Virus record (IMG/VR): IMGVR_UViG_3300013936_000023
Span: 1 to 64,000 of that record
Length of the DNA stretch: 64,000 nt
Origin: a virus
Lineage: Duplodnaviria; Caudoviricetes
Direction: 5' to 3' (one strand)
A program made the translations under genes and the position numbers. This document shows positions 45,957-55,338 of this stretch, piece by piece; position 1 is the stretch's first letter, and every line of letters begins with the position of its first letter. Under the pieces are notes generated by a model. That model did not search any database and had not been told where the DNA came from. It saw only the letters and a list, made by a program, of their open reading frames with translations.

Positions 45957-46129
45957 AGAGTAAATGGAAATGGGTAATCTGGATGTCGATTCTGGCTGTG
46001 CTCAACGCTGGATGTGGCGTGTATAGCCTTAGCTGGCGACCTGATTGGCGAACGGCTGTGAGCTGGTTCGTTTCCGGATGCTGTGCGATGAGCGCGTTCT
46101 GGAGTTGGTTGCATGACGAGGAGGATTAA
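45953..46129 (+). CDS. Small Trp-rich two-TM membrane protein (58 aa)
   Basis: Not in track. MKSKWKWVIWMSILAVLNAGCGVYSLSW...; RBS AAGGAGG; ATGA overlap. Confidence 0.6.
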   Translation: MKSKWKWVIWMSILAVLNAGCGVYSLSWRPDWRTAVSWFVSGCCAMSAFWSWLHDEED

Positions 46130-46132
46130 GCC

Positions 46133-47158
46133 ATGACATTCTTAGATTGGGCAAGCACAAGCCCTGAGATTCGATTCACAGTAAGCAAGTATGATGGCCT
46201 ACATTGCAATCCCAATGCGGCATATGCTTATAAAGAGCGCGGGTTACTAATGGGTTGCGAAGAGCGCATCAAGGCGGCTATCGGTGTTAATAGTGGCCAC
46301 GTGTTGTATTTTAGATGCGCAACGGAGGCGATTGAATGGTTGGTCAATACGGTAGGCGGCAGCAGATTGGCATGGTCGCATAGCCCATATGAACACGATG
46401 CTTGTCTGATAGGAGCAACGGCCAAACCAAATGAAATTATCGGCGCGGATTTTTACATTCATCAATGGGTCAATCATATTACGGGAGAAATTTTCGACCT
46501 GAAGAAAATTCGGGCAGAGTTAGACGAAGATTGCCGTCTGGTTGTAGATGCTACGGCAGGATTTGGTAAAGCCAAGCTGCCACGAGACATTGACAATATT
46601 GCCGATGCGCTGTTCATGTCGGGACACAAGATTGGATGTCCCGACCTTTCGTTCATGTGGATCAACGACGAGCTTTGTGAATGGCTTGGAGCGGCTAAGG
46701 ATATCCGTAACCAATGGGGTTTACATCATGGCAGCTTAAGCGTGGCGAGCGTGCTGGCATTGGCCGATGCTGTTGAGTGGGCGTGTGAAAATGGCGACCG
46801 AGTAGATGGGCATGGTATTGACCTGTATGTGCAGATGAACAATCTTCTTGACGAGGCTTGTATTGAGCACCACGATGTGATTGGGTGTCAAATGTTTGCG
46901 GGGTCTATCAACGCCATTCGCCTCAATGGCATCAATGCCGATGCTCTACAGCAGTTCCTTGCTTCGCGCAACGTCTACATTGGCGTAGGTGGCTCGGCTT
47001 GCTCTGCGGCGCATGACCATCGCGTGTTGCGGGCATATGGCCTGACAGATGATGAAGCGGCTGAGATTATCAGGGTGTCGTTTGGGCCAGAGACGACAGC
47101 AGATGATATTAAAGCGCTGGTTGACGGCATCAAGGAATATCGTAAGCGGTTTTGCTAA
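46133..47158 (+). CDS. Cysteine desulfurase-like PLP enzyme (class V aminotransferase)
   Basis: VDAT, SGHK (PLP lysine), GGSAC (catalytic Cys) and IRVSFG motifs. Confidence 0.8.
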   Translation: MTFLDWASTSPEIRFTVSKYDGLHCNPNAAYAYKERGLLMGCEERIKAAIGVNSGHVLYFRCATEAIEWLVNTVGGSRLAWSHSPYEHDACLIGATAKPNEIIGADFYIHQWVNHITGEIFDLKKIRAELDEDCRLVVDATAGFGKAKLPRDIDNIADALFMSGHKIGCPDLSFMWINDELCEWLGAAKDIRNQWGLHHGSLSVASVLALADAVEWACENGDRVDGHGIDLYVQMNNLLDEACIEHHDVIGCQMFAGSINAIRLNGINADALQQFLASRNVYIGVGGSACSAAHDHRVLRAYGLTDDEAAEIIRVSFGPETTADDIKALVDGIKEYRKRFC

Positions 47159-47168
47159 AATTTAATAC

Positions 47169-47197
47169 TTGACAAATCTCCTCTTGTGTGGTATCAT
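47169..47197 (+). promoter_or_regulatory. SigmaA promoter with anti-SD spacer
   Basis: TTGACA-17-TATCAT; spacer CTCCTCTT is complementary to AAGAGGAG. Confidence 0.7.
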
Positions 47198-47230
47198 GTA
47201 GATATGATGTAAGAGGAGGTTTGTCTTGTT

Positions 47231-47887
47231 ATGGAAGAAATTTGGAAAGATGTAATCGGGTATGAAGGTTTGTATGAAGTTAGCAATTTCGGATTGGTGC
47301 GCAGCGTTGATAGAGTTGTAACAAGGAAAACTGATGGTGCTTTATGTTATCTAAGGGGTAAAAAGTTGACTCAGCAAATTGATTCCAGTGGTAGATATTG
47401 GATGGTTGCTTTAAGTAAAAATGGTATTGAGAAAAGCTATAAAGTTCATTCATTGGTCGCAAAAGCATTCTTACCAAATGACGGCTCCTCCTTGGTTGTT
47501 GTGCACAAGGATGAAAAGAATCTGAAATATGATGGCGTATGCAACAACAGAGTTGACAATCTTGAATGGGGAACGCTGGCAGAGAATAGTTCCAGTCCTG
47601 TTGCGAGAGAGCGCAATGCGGCATCTAAGAATATGGTTGGCGAAAACAATCCAATGTACGGTAAAACTCAATCTGAAGAGACGAGAAGGAAAATTTCTAT
47701 TAAACTCAAAGGTAAGGGTGGGAGAATATCTCGTTCAAAGAAGGTCATGTGTGACGGAGTTTTATATGACTGTGTAACGGACTGTGCGGCAGCGTATAAC
47801 GTAAAGGCTTGTACTATGATGTCTTGGTTGCGCGGTGATAGACCCATGAGAAAAGATTTTAGAGAGAGAGGGCTTACCTATGTCTAA
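47231..47887 (+). CDS. NUMOD4-HNH homing endonuclease
   Basis: EEIWKDVIGYEGLYEVSNFG; VHSLVA...VVHKD...NNRVDNLEW; NUMOD3-like GKTQSEETR. Confidence 0.85.
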   Translation: MEEIWKDVIGYEGLYEVSNFGLVRSVDRVVTRKTDGALCYLRGKKLTQQIDSSGRYWMVALSKNGIEKSYKVHSLVAKAFLPNDGSSLVVVHKDEKNLKYDGVCNNRVDNLEWGTLAENSSSPVARERNAASKNMVGENNPMYGKTQSEETRRKISIKLKGKGGRISRSKKVMCDGVLYDCVTDCAAAYNVKACTMMSWLRGDRPMRKDFRERGLTYV

Positions 47888-50800
47888 TTATACCATTTTA
47901 CATTGTCACACCATGTTATCAAACGCCGTGACTAACATCGACTCTGTAACGACATATCAGCAATATGTTGACAGGGCTAAAGAGTTGGGCATGACAGCTA
48001 TGGCGATATCCGAGCATGGCTCAGTTATGGGCTGGGTCAAAAAGAAATTGGCAATGGAAGCCGCTGGTATAAGGTTCATTGCAGCCGAAGAATTTTACTT
48101 GACCAACACGCTCGACGAAAAGATTCGAGACAACTACCATTGCTTGCTCATCGCCAAGAATTATGACGGCGTACTTGAGCTGAACAAGTTGTCGAGCAAA
48201 TCTTTCAATCGAGACGACAATTCGTTCTACTATGTGCCGCGCATCACTATTGAGGATGTCAAGAACACCAGTGACAACATCATCGTATCAACGGCGTGTT
48301 TGGGCGGCGTGCTTAACAAAGCACCTGAGCCTATTCGCCAAGATTTTTTTGATTGGCTATGCCAGCATCCCGACCGTTGCTTTCTTGAAGTTCAGCCGCA
48401 TATCAGCGCAGAGCAGAAACGATATAATCAAGCGCTTTGGGCGTTGAGCAAACGTAGTGGATTGCGGCTGCTGATGTGTACAGATACCCATGCGCTCAAC
48501 GCCGAGCATGTGGAAGGTCGCAAGATTTTACAAAAGGCCAAGAGCATCCACTTTGACGGCGAGGATGAATTTCATCTTGAGATGTTGAGCTATGATGAGC
48601 TTGTACGGCTATGTCAGCTCCAGAACGCCTTGCCCATGCAAGTTTATCTCGACGCCATTGAGATGACGAATACGGTGGCGGATATGGTTGAGCCGTTTGA
48701 GCTGGACTATTCCTACAAGTACCCGCACCTTTGGGGTGATGATAGCGAACAGGTGCTTAGAGCCAAGATTGCAGATGGCATTAAATGGCGCGGCGTTGAT
48801 AAGCTGCCCAACTACCAGCAGTATCTTGACCGCATTGAGTATGAAATGAAGGCATATATCCATAATGGCGCTATTGATTTCATGTTGTTGATGGAGGATA
48901 TTGTGGCATGGTGTCGCACACAGGATATTCTAATCGGTTATGGGCGAGGGTCGTGCACGGGCAGTCTGATTGCCTATCTGCTCGGCATCACAGAGATGGA
49001 CAGCATCAAGCACGGCCTTAATTTCGACCGCTTCATGAATGTGGAGCGTGTGTCACTGAGCGACATTGATAGCGACATCGCTCCAAACAGAATTGACGAG
49101 GTTAAGGATTATGTGTTCAATAAGCACGGTCTGTACTGCGCCGATATTGTCACATTTAACACCATTGCCCTGAAGGGTGCCGTGCGAGATGTTGGCCGTG
49201 CATTAGGTATGTCGCTTGATGAAGTCGGCGCAATATGCAACGTGGTCGAACAGGATGAGGCTGGATGCCGCGCTAAATATCCGGAGTTGTTCGAATATGT
49301 CGATATAGTAAACGGCTGCGTGGTGTCTGTGGGCAACCATCCTTCGGGCATGATAGTAGCACCGCACAGCATTGATGACCGCATGGGGCTATTCACCACA
49401 TCTACGGATACGGTGCCTATTAGCCAAATCAATATGAAAGAGGTTGACCTTCAGAACTACGTTAAGCTCGATTTGCTGAAATTGATAACCATACAGATTA
49501 TCAATGAGACTTGCAAAATGATTGGCATAGACAGATTGACGCCGGATAATATAGACGTAAATGATGTGGCTGTGTGGCAGTCTATTAGAGATGATACAAC
49601 GGCCATATTCCAGTGGGAGTCGAGTTCGGCACAGCGGTATATCAAGCAGCTGCTGTCAGATAATACTATTGCCAAGTTGCGCAAGGTGCAGCCCGATATT
49701 GACTATATCACATTGCTGTCTATGGGTAATGGTGCCATTCGCCCCGCTGGCGCATCATATCGTGATGAATTGGCAAACGGCGATATTAGAACCTATGACA
49801 ATGAAGCAATCAACAATTTCATGTCTGATACATTCGGCTTCTTGATTTTCCAGTGTCAGATTATCGGCTTTTTGCACCAATACTGTGGCTATACTATGGG
49901 CGAGGCCGATGTTGTGCGTCGTCATTTTGCCAAAAAAACAGGCACAGATAAGGATATCCCGCAAATCAAGGCTGGCTTTGCCAAGACTATGAGGGAACAG
50001 TATGGAATGAGCCAAGAGGAGTCCGACAAGACCATTGCCGATTTTATCCAGGTCATTGAAGATGCCAGCAACTATCTATTCAGCCTAAATCATAGTCAGC
50101 CGTATAGCTATGAGGGATATGCCGAAGGATGGCTTAGATATTATTATCCGGTACAATTCCTGACCGTATGCCTCAACGTTGAACAGGGCGATGACGGCAA
50201 GACGGCGGCATTGACAGCATACGCCCATAAGCTGGGCATCAAAATTAAATCGCCGCAGTTCCGTCATTCCAAGTCTGATTATTTCTGCGACGTTGACACC
50301 AAGTCCATATACAAAGGTCTTGGCTCAATCAAGTATATGAGCGCCGCAGTAGCCGAAGAATTGTACACCATGCGCGACCAGCAATTTGGCAATTTTATTG
50401 ATTTTCTGTTCGCCATGCAGTCTATGACCAATAAGCCTGATAGCCGCCAGCTTGACATCCTTATCAAGATTGGGTACTTTGAGGAATTTGGCCCAGCCAA
50501 GGCGCTGTTGCTTGGCGTAGAGATTTTTAATAAATTTTTCAAGTGCAAGAATTTAAGGCTTGACAAATGGGCTGAGATGGGTTATGATATAGCCGTCCTA
50601 AAGGCCAACGCTGCCAAGCTCACAGATAAGACGGCGAGCGGCATTGACAATCATGGGCTTATCTTGGGTATTCTGCGGTCGTTGAAAATGCCGCGCACGA
50701 CCATTGTTGACAAGCTCAGATGGCAATTCGAGATGCTTGGATATGTTGATGGTTCTGACTCACGCCGAGACGTCAATGAATATCTCGTGCTTGCCATCGA

Positions 50801-51032
50801 GACAACAAGTTATGGTGCGATATGGCTTAGGCTATATAACCTTGCCTACGGTGCTGAACGACGTTACAAGGTTGACAAGCGATGGGCAGCAAGCCATAGC
50901 TGCAAGACTGGCGATGTGCTCAAGGTTGTGCTGGATGAGAAGCCAAAATTCAAGAAACTTGATGATGGCAAATTCGTCAAGACTGGCGAGGTCGAGACGG
51001 TTGTGAAAATGTTTAAGGTTTTGGAGGTTTGA
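47880..51032 (+). CDS. dnaE: DNA polymerase III alpha subunit (PHP plus polymerase)
   Basis: LHCHT PHP domain; GRGSCTGS, SDIDSD, HPSG, KLDLL and FSLNHS motifs. Confidence 0.92.
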   Translation: MSNYTILHCHTMLSNAVTNIDSVTTYQQYVDRAKELGMTAMAISEHGSVMGWVKKKLAMEAAGIRFIAAEEFYLTNTLDEKIRDNYHCLLIAKNYDGVLELNKLSSKSFNRDDNSFYYVPRITIEDVKNTSDNIIVSTACLGGVLNKAPEPIRQDFFDWLCQHPDRCFLEVQPHISAEQKRYNQALWALSKRSGLRLLMCTDTHALNAEHVEGRKILQKAKSIHFDGEDEFHLEMLSYDELVRLCQLQNALPMQVYLDAIEMTNTVADMVEPFELDYSYKYPHLWGDDSEQVLRAKIADGIKWRGVDKLPNYQQYLDRIEYEMKAYIHNGAIDFMLLMEDIVAWCRTQDILIGYGRGSCTGSLIAYLLGITEMDSIKHGLNFDRFMNVERVSLSDIDSDIAPNRIDEVKDYVFNKHGLYCADIVTFNTIALKGAVRDVGRALGMSLDEVGAICNVVEQDEAGCRAKYPELFEYVDIVNGCVVSVGNHPSGMIVAPHSIDDRMGLFTTSTDTVPISQINMKEVDLQNYVKLDLLKLITIQIINETCKMIGIDRLTPDNIDVNDVAVWQSIRDDTTAIFQWESSSAQRYIKQLLSDNTIAKLRKVQPDIDYITLLSMGNGAIRPAGASYRDELANGDIRTYDNEAINNFMSDTFGFLIFQCQIIGFLHQYCGYTMGEADVVRRHFAKKTGTDKDIPQIKAGFAKTMREQYGMSQEESDKTIADFIQVIEDASNYLFSLNHSQPYSYEGYAEGWLRYYYPVQFLTVCLNVEQGDDGKTAALTAYAHKLGIKIKSPQFRHSKSDYFCDVDTKSIYKGLGSIKYMSAAVAEELYTMRDQQFGNFIDFLFAMQSMTNKPDSRQLDILIKIGYFEEFGPAKALLLGVEIFNKFFKCKNLRLDKWAEMGYDIAVLKANAAKLTDKTASGIDNHGLILGILRSLKMPRTTIVDKLRWQFEMLGYVDGSDSRRDVNEYLVLAIETTSYGAIWLRLYNLAYGAERRYKVDKRWAASHSCKTGDVLKVVLDEKPKFKKLDDGKFVKTGEVETVVKMFKVLEV

Positions 51033-51036
51033 TGCT

Positions 51037-51159
51037 ATGGGAAGAAAAATCGATGTGGATGCTTTAATTGATTGGCTTGAAGACGGCTATGATGAAGACC
51101 ATGCTTTTGCTGAAGGATTGCTTAGGGCTACGAGTGAGGAGGATGGTGGCAATGACTGA
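51037..51159 (+). CDS. Small acidic protein (40 aa)
   Basis: MGRKIDVDALIDWLEDGYDED...; RBS GGAGG. Confidence 0.5.
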   Translation: MGRKIDVDALIDWLEDGYDEDHAFAEGLLRATSEEDGGND

Positions 51160-51451
51160 ATACATTGAGCGTGAAGCGGCGCTCAGAGAAATTGAACGGC
51201 GCGAGAAGTTTATGGTTGGCGACAAGACTATTACGACGGATGCCATGAAATCGTTTATCAAGAATCGCCCTGCCGCTGACGTTGCGCCGGTGGTACATGC
51301 CAAGTGGGGCACGGGCCGGTTCAATCTGGAAACAGGAAACTATGAGGAACAGTGCACCCGATGCCGGAAATTCTCTAAAGAGTATTGCGTGCCGTACTGC
51401 CCCAACTGCGGCGCGAAGATGGACGGAGGTGAGAGAGATGCCAGCGTGTAA
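51152..51451 (+). CDS. Hypothetical protein with Zn ribbon
   Basis: MTEYIEREAAL...PAADVAPV...CTRC...CPNCGAKMD. Confidence 0.7.
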   Translation: MTEYIEREAALREIERREKFMVGDKTITTDAMKSFIKNRPAADVAPVVHAKWGTGRFNLETGNYEEQCTRCRKFSKEYCVPYCPNCGAKMDGGERDASV

Positions 51452-51701
51452 AGCGTGCGGCGAATGGTTCGCCAAATCCAGAGATGACATGGTGCTTTGC
51501 AGCAAGTGTGAAATGGCATTAGGACGATTGGCTGGTTACGCCGTGGTCGTGACGCGGTGCAAAGACTGTCGAGGCTCTCGCAAGCTGAACCGAAACGACA
51601 GGCTGGAAGATGTCTATACAGAAGGGGTTTTGTGGTGCATGAATCAGTCTAATGGCGTATGGCCGGATGATTTTTGCAGCTATGGCGAGCCGAAGTTTTG
51701 A
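51438..51701 (+). CDS. Cys-rich hypothetical protein
   Basis: MPACKACG...RCKDC...DDFCSYGE; RBS GGAGGTG. Confidence 0.65.
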   Translation: MPACKACGEWFAKSRDDMVLCSKCEMALGRLAGYAVVVTRCKDCRGSRKLNRNDRLEDVYTEGVLWCMNQSNGVWPDDFCSYGEPKF

Positions 51702-51726
51702 CAAATGCAAAATTCTATGATATAAT
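51698..51726 (+). promoter_or_regulatory. SigmaA promoter (probable original ATPase promoter)
   Basis: TTGACA-17-TATAAT. Confidence 0.7.
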
Positions 51727-51767
51727 ATCAAATGCTGAATAAAGGCAGAAAGTGAGGATATAAGAAT

Positions 51768-51839
51768 ATGGGGATTGCAGTCAAGAATTTTCAAAAAAAA
51801 GTTCTTGACAACGGCATCTGGATGCGATATAATCTATAA
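51768..51839 (+). pseudogene. Vestigial 5' stub of the AAA ATPase gene (MGIAV...)
   Basis: ATG GGG ATT GCA GTC with RBS GAGGA mirrors the ATPase start ATT GGG GTA GCT GTT at 52503. Confidence 0.6.
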
Positions 51840-51930
51840 TAGAGGTTGAGATAAGGTTGCAAACTTTCTCATTTAGGACAACGTGCTTACTCCGCGTTGT
51901 CCACTCTAATAAAAATTTCTTGAGTAAGGA
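51805..51930 (+). promoter_or_regulatory. Promoter plus three-way-junction/anti-SD leader (copy A)
   Basis: TTGACA-17-TATAAT; P3 GGACAACG/CGTTGTCC; loop CTTACTC pairs with GAGTAAG (51922-51928). Confidence 0.75.
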
Positions 51931-51939
51931 GAATGTAAG

Positions 51940-52503
51940 ATGGAAGAAATCTGGAAAGATGTTGTTGGATATGAGGGTTTATACGAGGTAAGTAATCTTG
52001 GTAATGTGCGTAGCTTGTTTCGGTACAAGAAACAACTCAAGTGGAACGTCTTGAGTTCTGGCTATGCGACTGTTCAACTTTTCAAAGAAAAAGTTGGTAC
52101 AAGATTGCTTGTACATCGACTTGTCGCCAAGGCATTCTTACCCGATCCAGATGGATTACCGGTCGTCAACCACAAAGACGAAAACAAATTAAATAATAGC
52201 GCGGACAATCTTGAGTGGTGTACTCAACAGTATAACTTAGCTTATAACGACGGGCATAGAAAAAGAGCCGACAACACGCGCTGGTTCTATGATGAAATGC
52301 GTGTAAGGTTCAAAGAAAATAATCCCGCTATAAAATTGCCAGTCGTTCAGATGAGTTTGTCTGGCGAATTTATAAAAGAATGGCCAAGCGCCAAAGATGC
52401 AGTTGTTGCGCTTGGCTATAAATCAGACCATATCTGTGAATGTTGCAAAGGGAAACGAGAGACATCTAATGGATTTAGATGGAAATATAGGGAGGTAATT
52501 TAA
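51940..52503 (+). CDS. NUMOD4-HNH-NUMOD1 homing endonuclease
   Basis: EEIWKDVVGYEGLYEVSN; VHRLVA; VNHKDENKLNN..DNLEW; EWPSAKDA. Confidence 0.85.
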   Translation: MEEIWKDVVGYEGLYEVSNLGNVRSLFRYKKQLKWNVLSSGYATVQLFKEKVGTRLLVHRLVAKAFLPDPDGLPVVNHKDENKLNNSADNLEWCTQQYNLAYNDGHRKRADNTRWFYDEMRVRFKENNPAIKLPVVQMSLSGEFIKEWPSAKDAVVALGYKSDHICECCKGKRETSNGFRWKYREVI

Positions 52504-53150
52504 TTGGGGTAGCTGTTTTGATTCTTGGTGAATCCGGCTCTGGTAAGTCGGCGTCCATGCGAAACTTTGCGGAGAATGATGTTCGCATTCTGAATGTGGC
52601 ATCTAAGCCGCTGCCGTTCAGAAATGTTAACAAGCTCAAGAAGGCCGATAAGGCAACCTATGGCATGATTCGTGGCGCTGTTACGAGTGGCCAGACGTTG
52701 AGCTATGTAGTGGATGACGCGCAGTATCTCATGGCGTTCGAGAGCTTTGACAAGGTGAACGAGACAGGATATGGCAAGTTTACCACCATGGCTAAGAACT
52801 ATGAAGAAATGCTGAGATGCATTCAGGAGGACACGTCGCCCGACACCATCGTCTATGTTATGCAGCACGTTGACGTCGATGAAAATGGCAAGGTAAAGGC
52901 AAAGACGCTCGGCAAGATGCTTGACCAGCAGCTCACGGTTGAGGGGTTATTCACGATTGTTCTGCTTGCCAAGGCAGATGAACGCCGCCATTATTTTATC
53001 ACCCAGTCTGATGGCATGAATCCGTGTAAGTCGCCGATGGGGATGTTCGACGAAGTTGAGATTGACAACGACCTCAAGATGGTCGATGACACCATCAGAG
53101 AATATTATGGACTGAAGAAGAATACTGCGCCGAGTAAAAAAAGTCCTTGA
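52503..53150 (+). CDS. Sak4-like/AAA_24 ATPase, probable ATT start
   Basis: ILGESGSGKS, VVDD and KSPMGMF motifs; SD GGAGGT 6 nt before ATT; paired with SSB gene. Confidence 0.8.
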   Translation: MGVAVLILGESGSGKSASMRNFAENDVRILNVASKPLPFRNVNKLKKADKATYGMIRGAVTSGQTLSYVVDDAQYLMAFESFDKVNETGYGKFTTMAKNYEEMLRCIQEDTSPDTIVYVMQHVDVDENGKVKAKTLGKMLDQQLTVEGLFTIVLLAKADERRHYFITQSDGMNPCKSPMGMFDEVEIDNDLKMVDDTIREYYGLKKNTAPSKKSP

Positions 53151-53272
53151 CAAAAGCATCCGGATGTGATATAATCCATAATAGAGGTTGAGATAAGGTT
53201 GCAAACTTTCTCATTTAGGGCAACGTGCTTACTCCGCGTTGCCCACTCTAATAAAATTTCTTGAGTAGGGAG
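53147..53272 (+). promoter_or_regulatory. Promoter plus three-way-junction/anti-SD leader (copy B)
   Basis: Near-identical to copy A, with a compensatory A-T to G-C change in P3 (GGGCAACG/CGTTGCCC) and GAGTAGG target. Confidence 0.75.
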
Positions 53273-53280
53273 AATGTAAA

Positions 53281-53937
53281 ATGAGTGCTCTGAAAGATTT
53301 AACTGAGAAACGCTTTGGAAAGTTGATCGTATTACGTAGGAGTGGCAATGATAAACATAAGAATGCGACGTGGTTGTGTCAGTGCGATTGTGGAAACAGA
53401 TGTAATGTCGTAGGTGCAAATCTTTGGCGAGGCGATACAAAGTCTTGCGGATGTTATAAGAAAACCAATAAATACGAAGAAGATGGGGCCGTAACAAGAA
53501 TCCATCTCACGAATGGCTCTGTTGTGTTAGTTGACACCGAAGATGTTCCTAAGATATCAATGTACCAATGGAGTATCGCACGTGGATATGCCGTAGCAAC
53601 GATTAACAATAAAACAACATCTATGCATCGACCAATAATGGACGCCAAAGACGGATTTGTTGTTGACCATATCAATCATAACGAGCTTGATAACAGGAAG
53701 AGTAACTTGCGCGTGTGCACTCAAAGCAATAACGCCATGAATCGTAAAAAGGCAAGCAATAACACGTCTGGATATATAGGTGTCGTGTTTAAGAAAGATT
53801 GTGGTAAATGGGAGGCATTTATTCGAGTTGACAAGAAGCGAAAATATTTAGGGTTATTTGAAACGCCAGAGCTTGCTCACGAAGCTCGCAAAGAAGCCGA
53901 AGAAAAATATTTTGGTGAGTTCGCCTATCAAGGCTAA
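53281..53937 (+). CDS. HNH-AP2 homing endonuclease
   Basis: DLTEKRFGKL...WLCQCDCG; VDHINHNELDNRKSNLR; NNTSGYIGV; YLGLF. Confidence 0.85.
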   Translation: MSALKDLTEKRFGKLIVLRRSGNDKHKNATWLCQCDCGNRCNVVGANLWRGDTKSCGCYKKTNKYEEDGAVTRIHLTNGSVVLVDTEDVPKISMYQWSIARGYAVATINNKTTSMHRPIMDAKDGFVVDHINHNELDNRKSNLRVCTQSNNAMNRKKASNNTSGYIGVVFKKDCGKWEAFIRVDKKRKYLGLFETPELAHEARKEAEEKYFGEFAYQG

Positions 53938-53977
53938 CGATAGATTTCAATAAATTTCAGAAAGGATTCAAAAAAGT

Positions 53978-54628
53978 ATGAGAAAGGTAGATTTAAGCAA
54001 GGTTCAGGAAGCTGGTAGCGGTAACTACAAGAAGTTGCCCGTAGGAGGTTATGTTATCCGCATCTTAAAGTGCGAAGACGTTCCCGACAAAAATCGTCTC
54101 GATTTTTACTTTGACATTGACGAAGGCGAGTACAAAGGATTCTATGGCGAGAAGTACAAGAACGATACTCGCGAGACGAAGAAGTGGGGTGGCCGTTTCT
54201 CTAAGTCTTACGACTCAAGTAACGAAAAGGCGCTGCCGTTCTTCAAGCAGTTTGTAACGGCTGTTCAGAACAGCAATAAGGGCTTTGTGTGGGATGAAGA
54301 GCACGAGCAGCAGTTTGTTAAGAAGGTTGTTGGAGCGACCTTTAGGGAGGAAGAGTATCAAGGCAATAACGGAAAGATTCAGACGAGTTGCAAGCCTGAT
54401 ATGTTCCATAGCGCCGATAAGATTCGCAAGGGAGATTTTGAGGTTAGAGAGCTGAAGAAGCTCGACGCAACCAAGGTATCCAGTCAGACTAAGCAGGATG
54501 ATTTTACTGACCCGTTTGCAAATCAGGACAACACGAAGGCCGCAAGTGACCCGTTTGCCAGTGCGCCCGCTAATGATGCCCTTGGTGATGCTACCGCACC
54601 TTGGGATACGGAGAACCCTTTCGCCTGA
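53978..54628 (+). CDS. Phage ssDNA-binding protein (DUF669-like)
   Basis: KLPVGGYVIRI...REEEY; acidic tail ending ENPFA; follows the Sak4-like ATPase. Confidence 0.65.
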   Translation: MRKVDLSKVQEAGSGNYKKLPVGGYVIRILKCEDVPDKNRLDFYFDIDEGEYKGFYGEKYKNDTRETKKWGGRFSKSYDSSNEKALPFFKQFVTAVQNSNKGFVWDEEHEQQFVKKVVGATFREEEYQGNNGKIQTSCKPDMFHSADKIRKGDFEVRELKKLDATKVSSQTKQDDFTDPFANQDNTKAASDPFASAPANDALGDATAPWDTENPFA

Positions 54629-54642
54629 GATAAAAAATATTG

Positions 54643-54681
54643 AGAGGCGGGCTTGACAAAGGCTCGCCTCTTTGCTATAAT
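54643..54681 (+). terminator. Terminator hairpin overlapping a sigmaA promoter
   Basis: AGAGGCGGGC/GCTCGCCTCT stem plus TT, with TTGACA in the loop; TATAAT at 54676. Confidence 0.7.
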
Positions 54682-54704
54682 ATCCAACAAGAGGTGATGA
54701 GCTG

Positions 54705-55337
54705 ATGGTCAATAGATTCTTATCGGTAGGCACTTTGAGCGAGTGCGCCATTCAATTCTATCGCACCCATATCAAAGTTCGCCTATCGCTTGAGGTCAAC
54801 CGTCAGGTCATCACCATGCAACAGACCATCAGCCGAAAGTGGAACGCCGAGCAATATCAGGCAATATGCAAGGCTATCCCTTATTTGCATCCGCAGATTG
54901 AGGGAATTGTAACTAAGGGCGAGCATGACCACATATACGCCATACCGCCAGCAGACCAGCCAACACGGTTGATGGTAAGCGGCAACATCAACGAATGGCA
55001 TGGGCGCATCTACTTCAACGCCCGGTACATCCGCATAGAGCCACGAGCGCCTGATAACATGACCATAGAGCTTGATGGTCAATGGGTGGACGGTCATAAG
55101 CTGGTCAACGTGGTTGGCGATTGGCCAAGAGCATTTAGCTTGGATGCCCCAGTGGGCTATGAGCGACGAGTATATCGCTTGCGGCTTGGCTATTCAGCGG
55201 GATATATCGAGCAGGATGGCATGGTGGTTAATGTGCCATATGGATTGCAGATGTTGAGTTGCCAGCCACTTGATGAATATATCGACGATGAGCAGATGAA
55301 GAAAATTTTGCTTGAGCTTGAAATTATGGAGGGTTGA
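54705..55337 (+). CDS. Hypothetical protein
   Basis: 210 aa with RBS AAGAGGTG and own promoter. Confidence 0.65.
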   Translation: MVNRFLSVGTLSECAIQFYRTHIKVRLSLEVNRQVITMQQTISRKWNAEQYQAICKAIPYLHPQIEGIVTKGEHDHIYAIPPADQPTRLMVSGNINEWHGRIYFNARYIRIEPRAPDNMTIELDGQWVDGHKLVNVVGDWPRAFSLDAPVGYERRVYRLRLGYSAGYIEQDGMVVNVPYGLQMLSCQPLDEYIDDEQMKKILLELEIMEG

Positions 55338-55338
55338 C

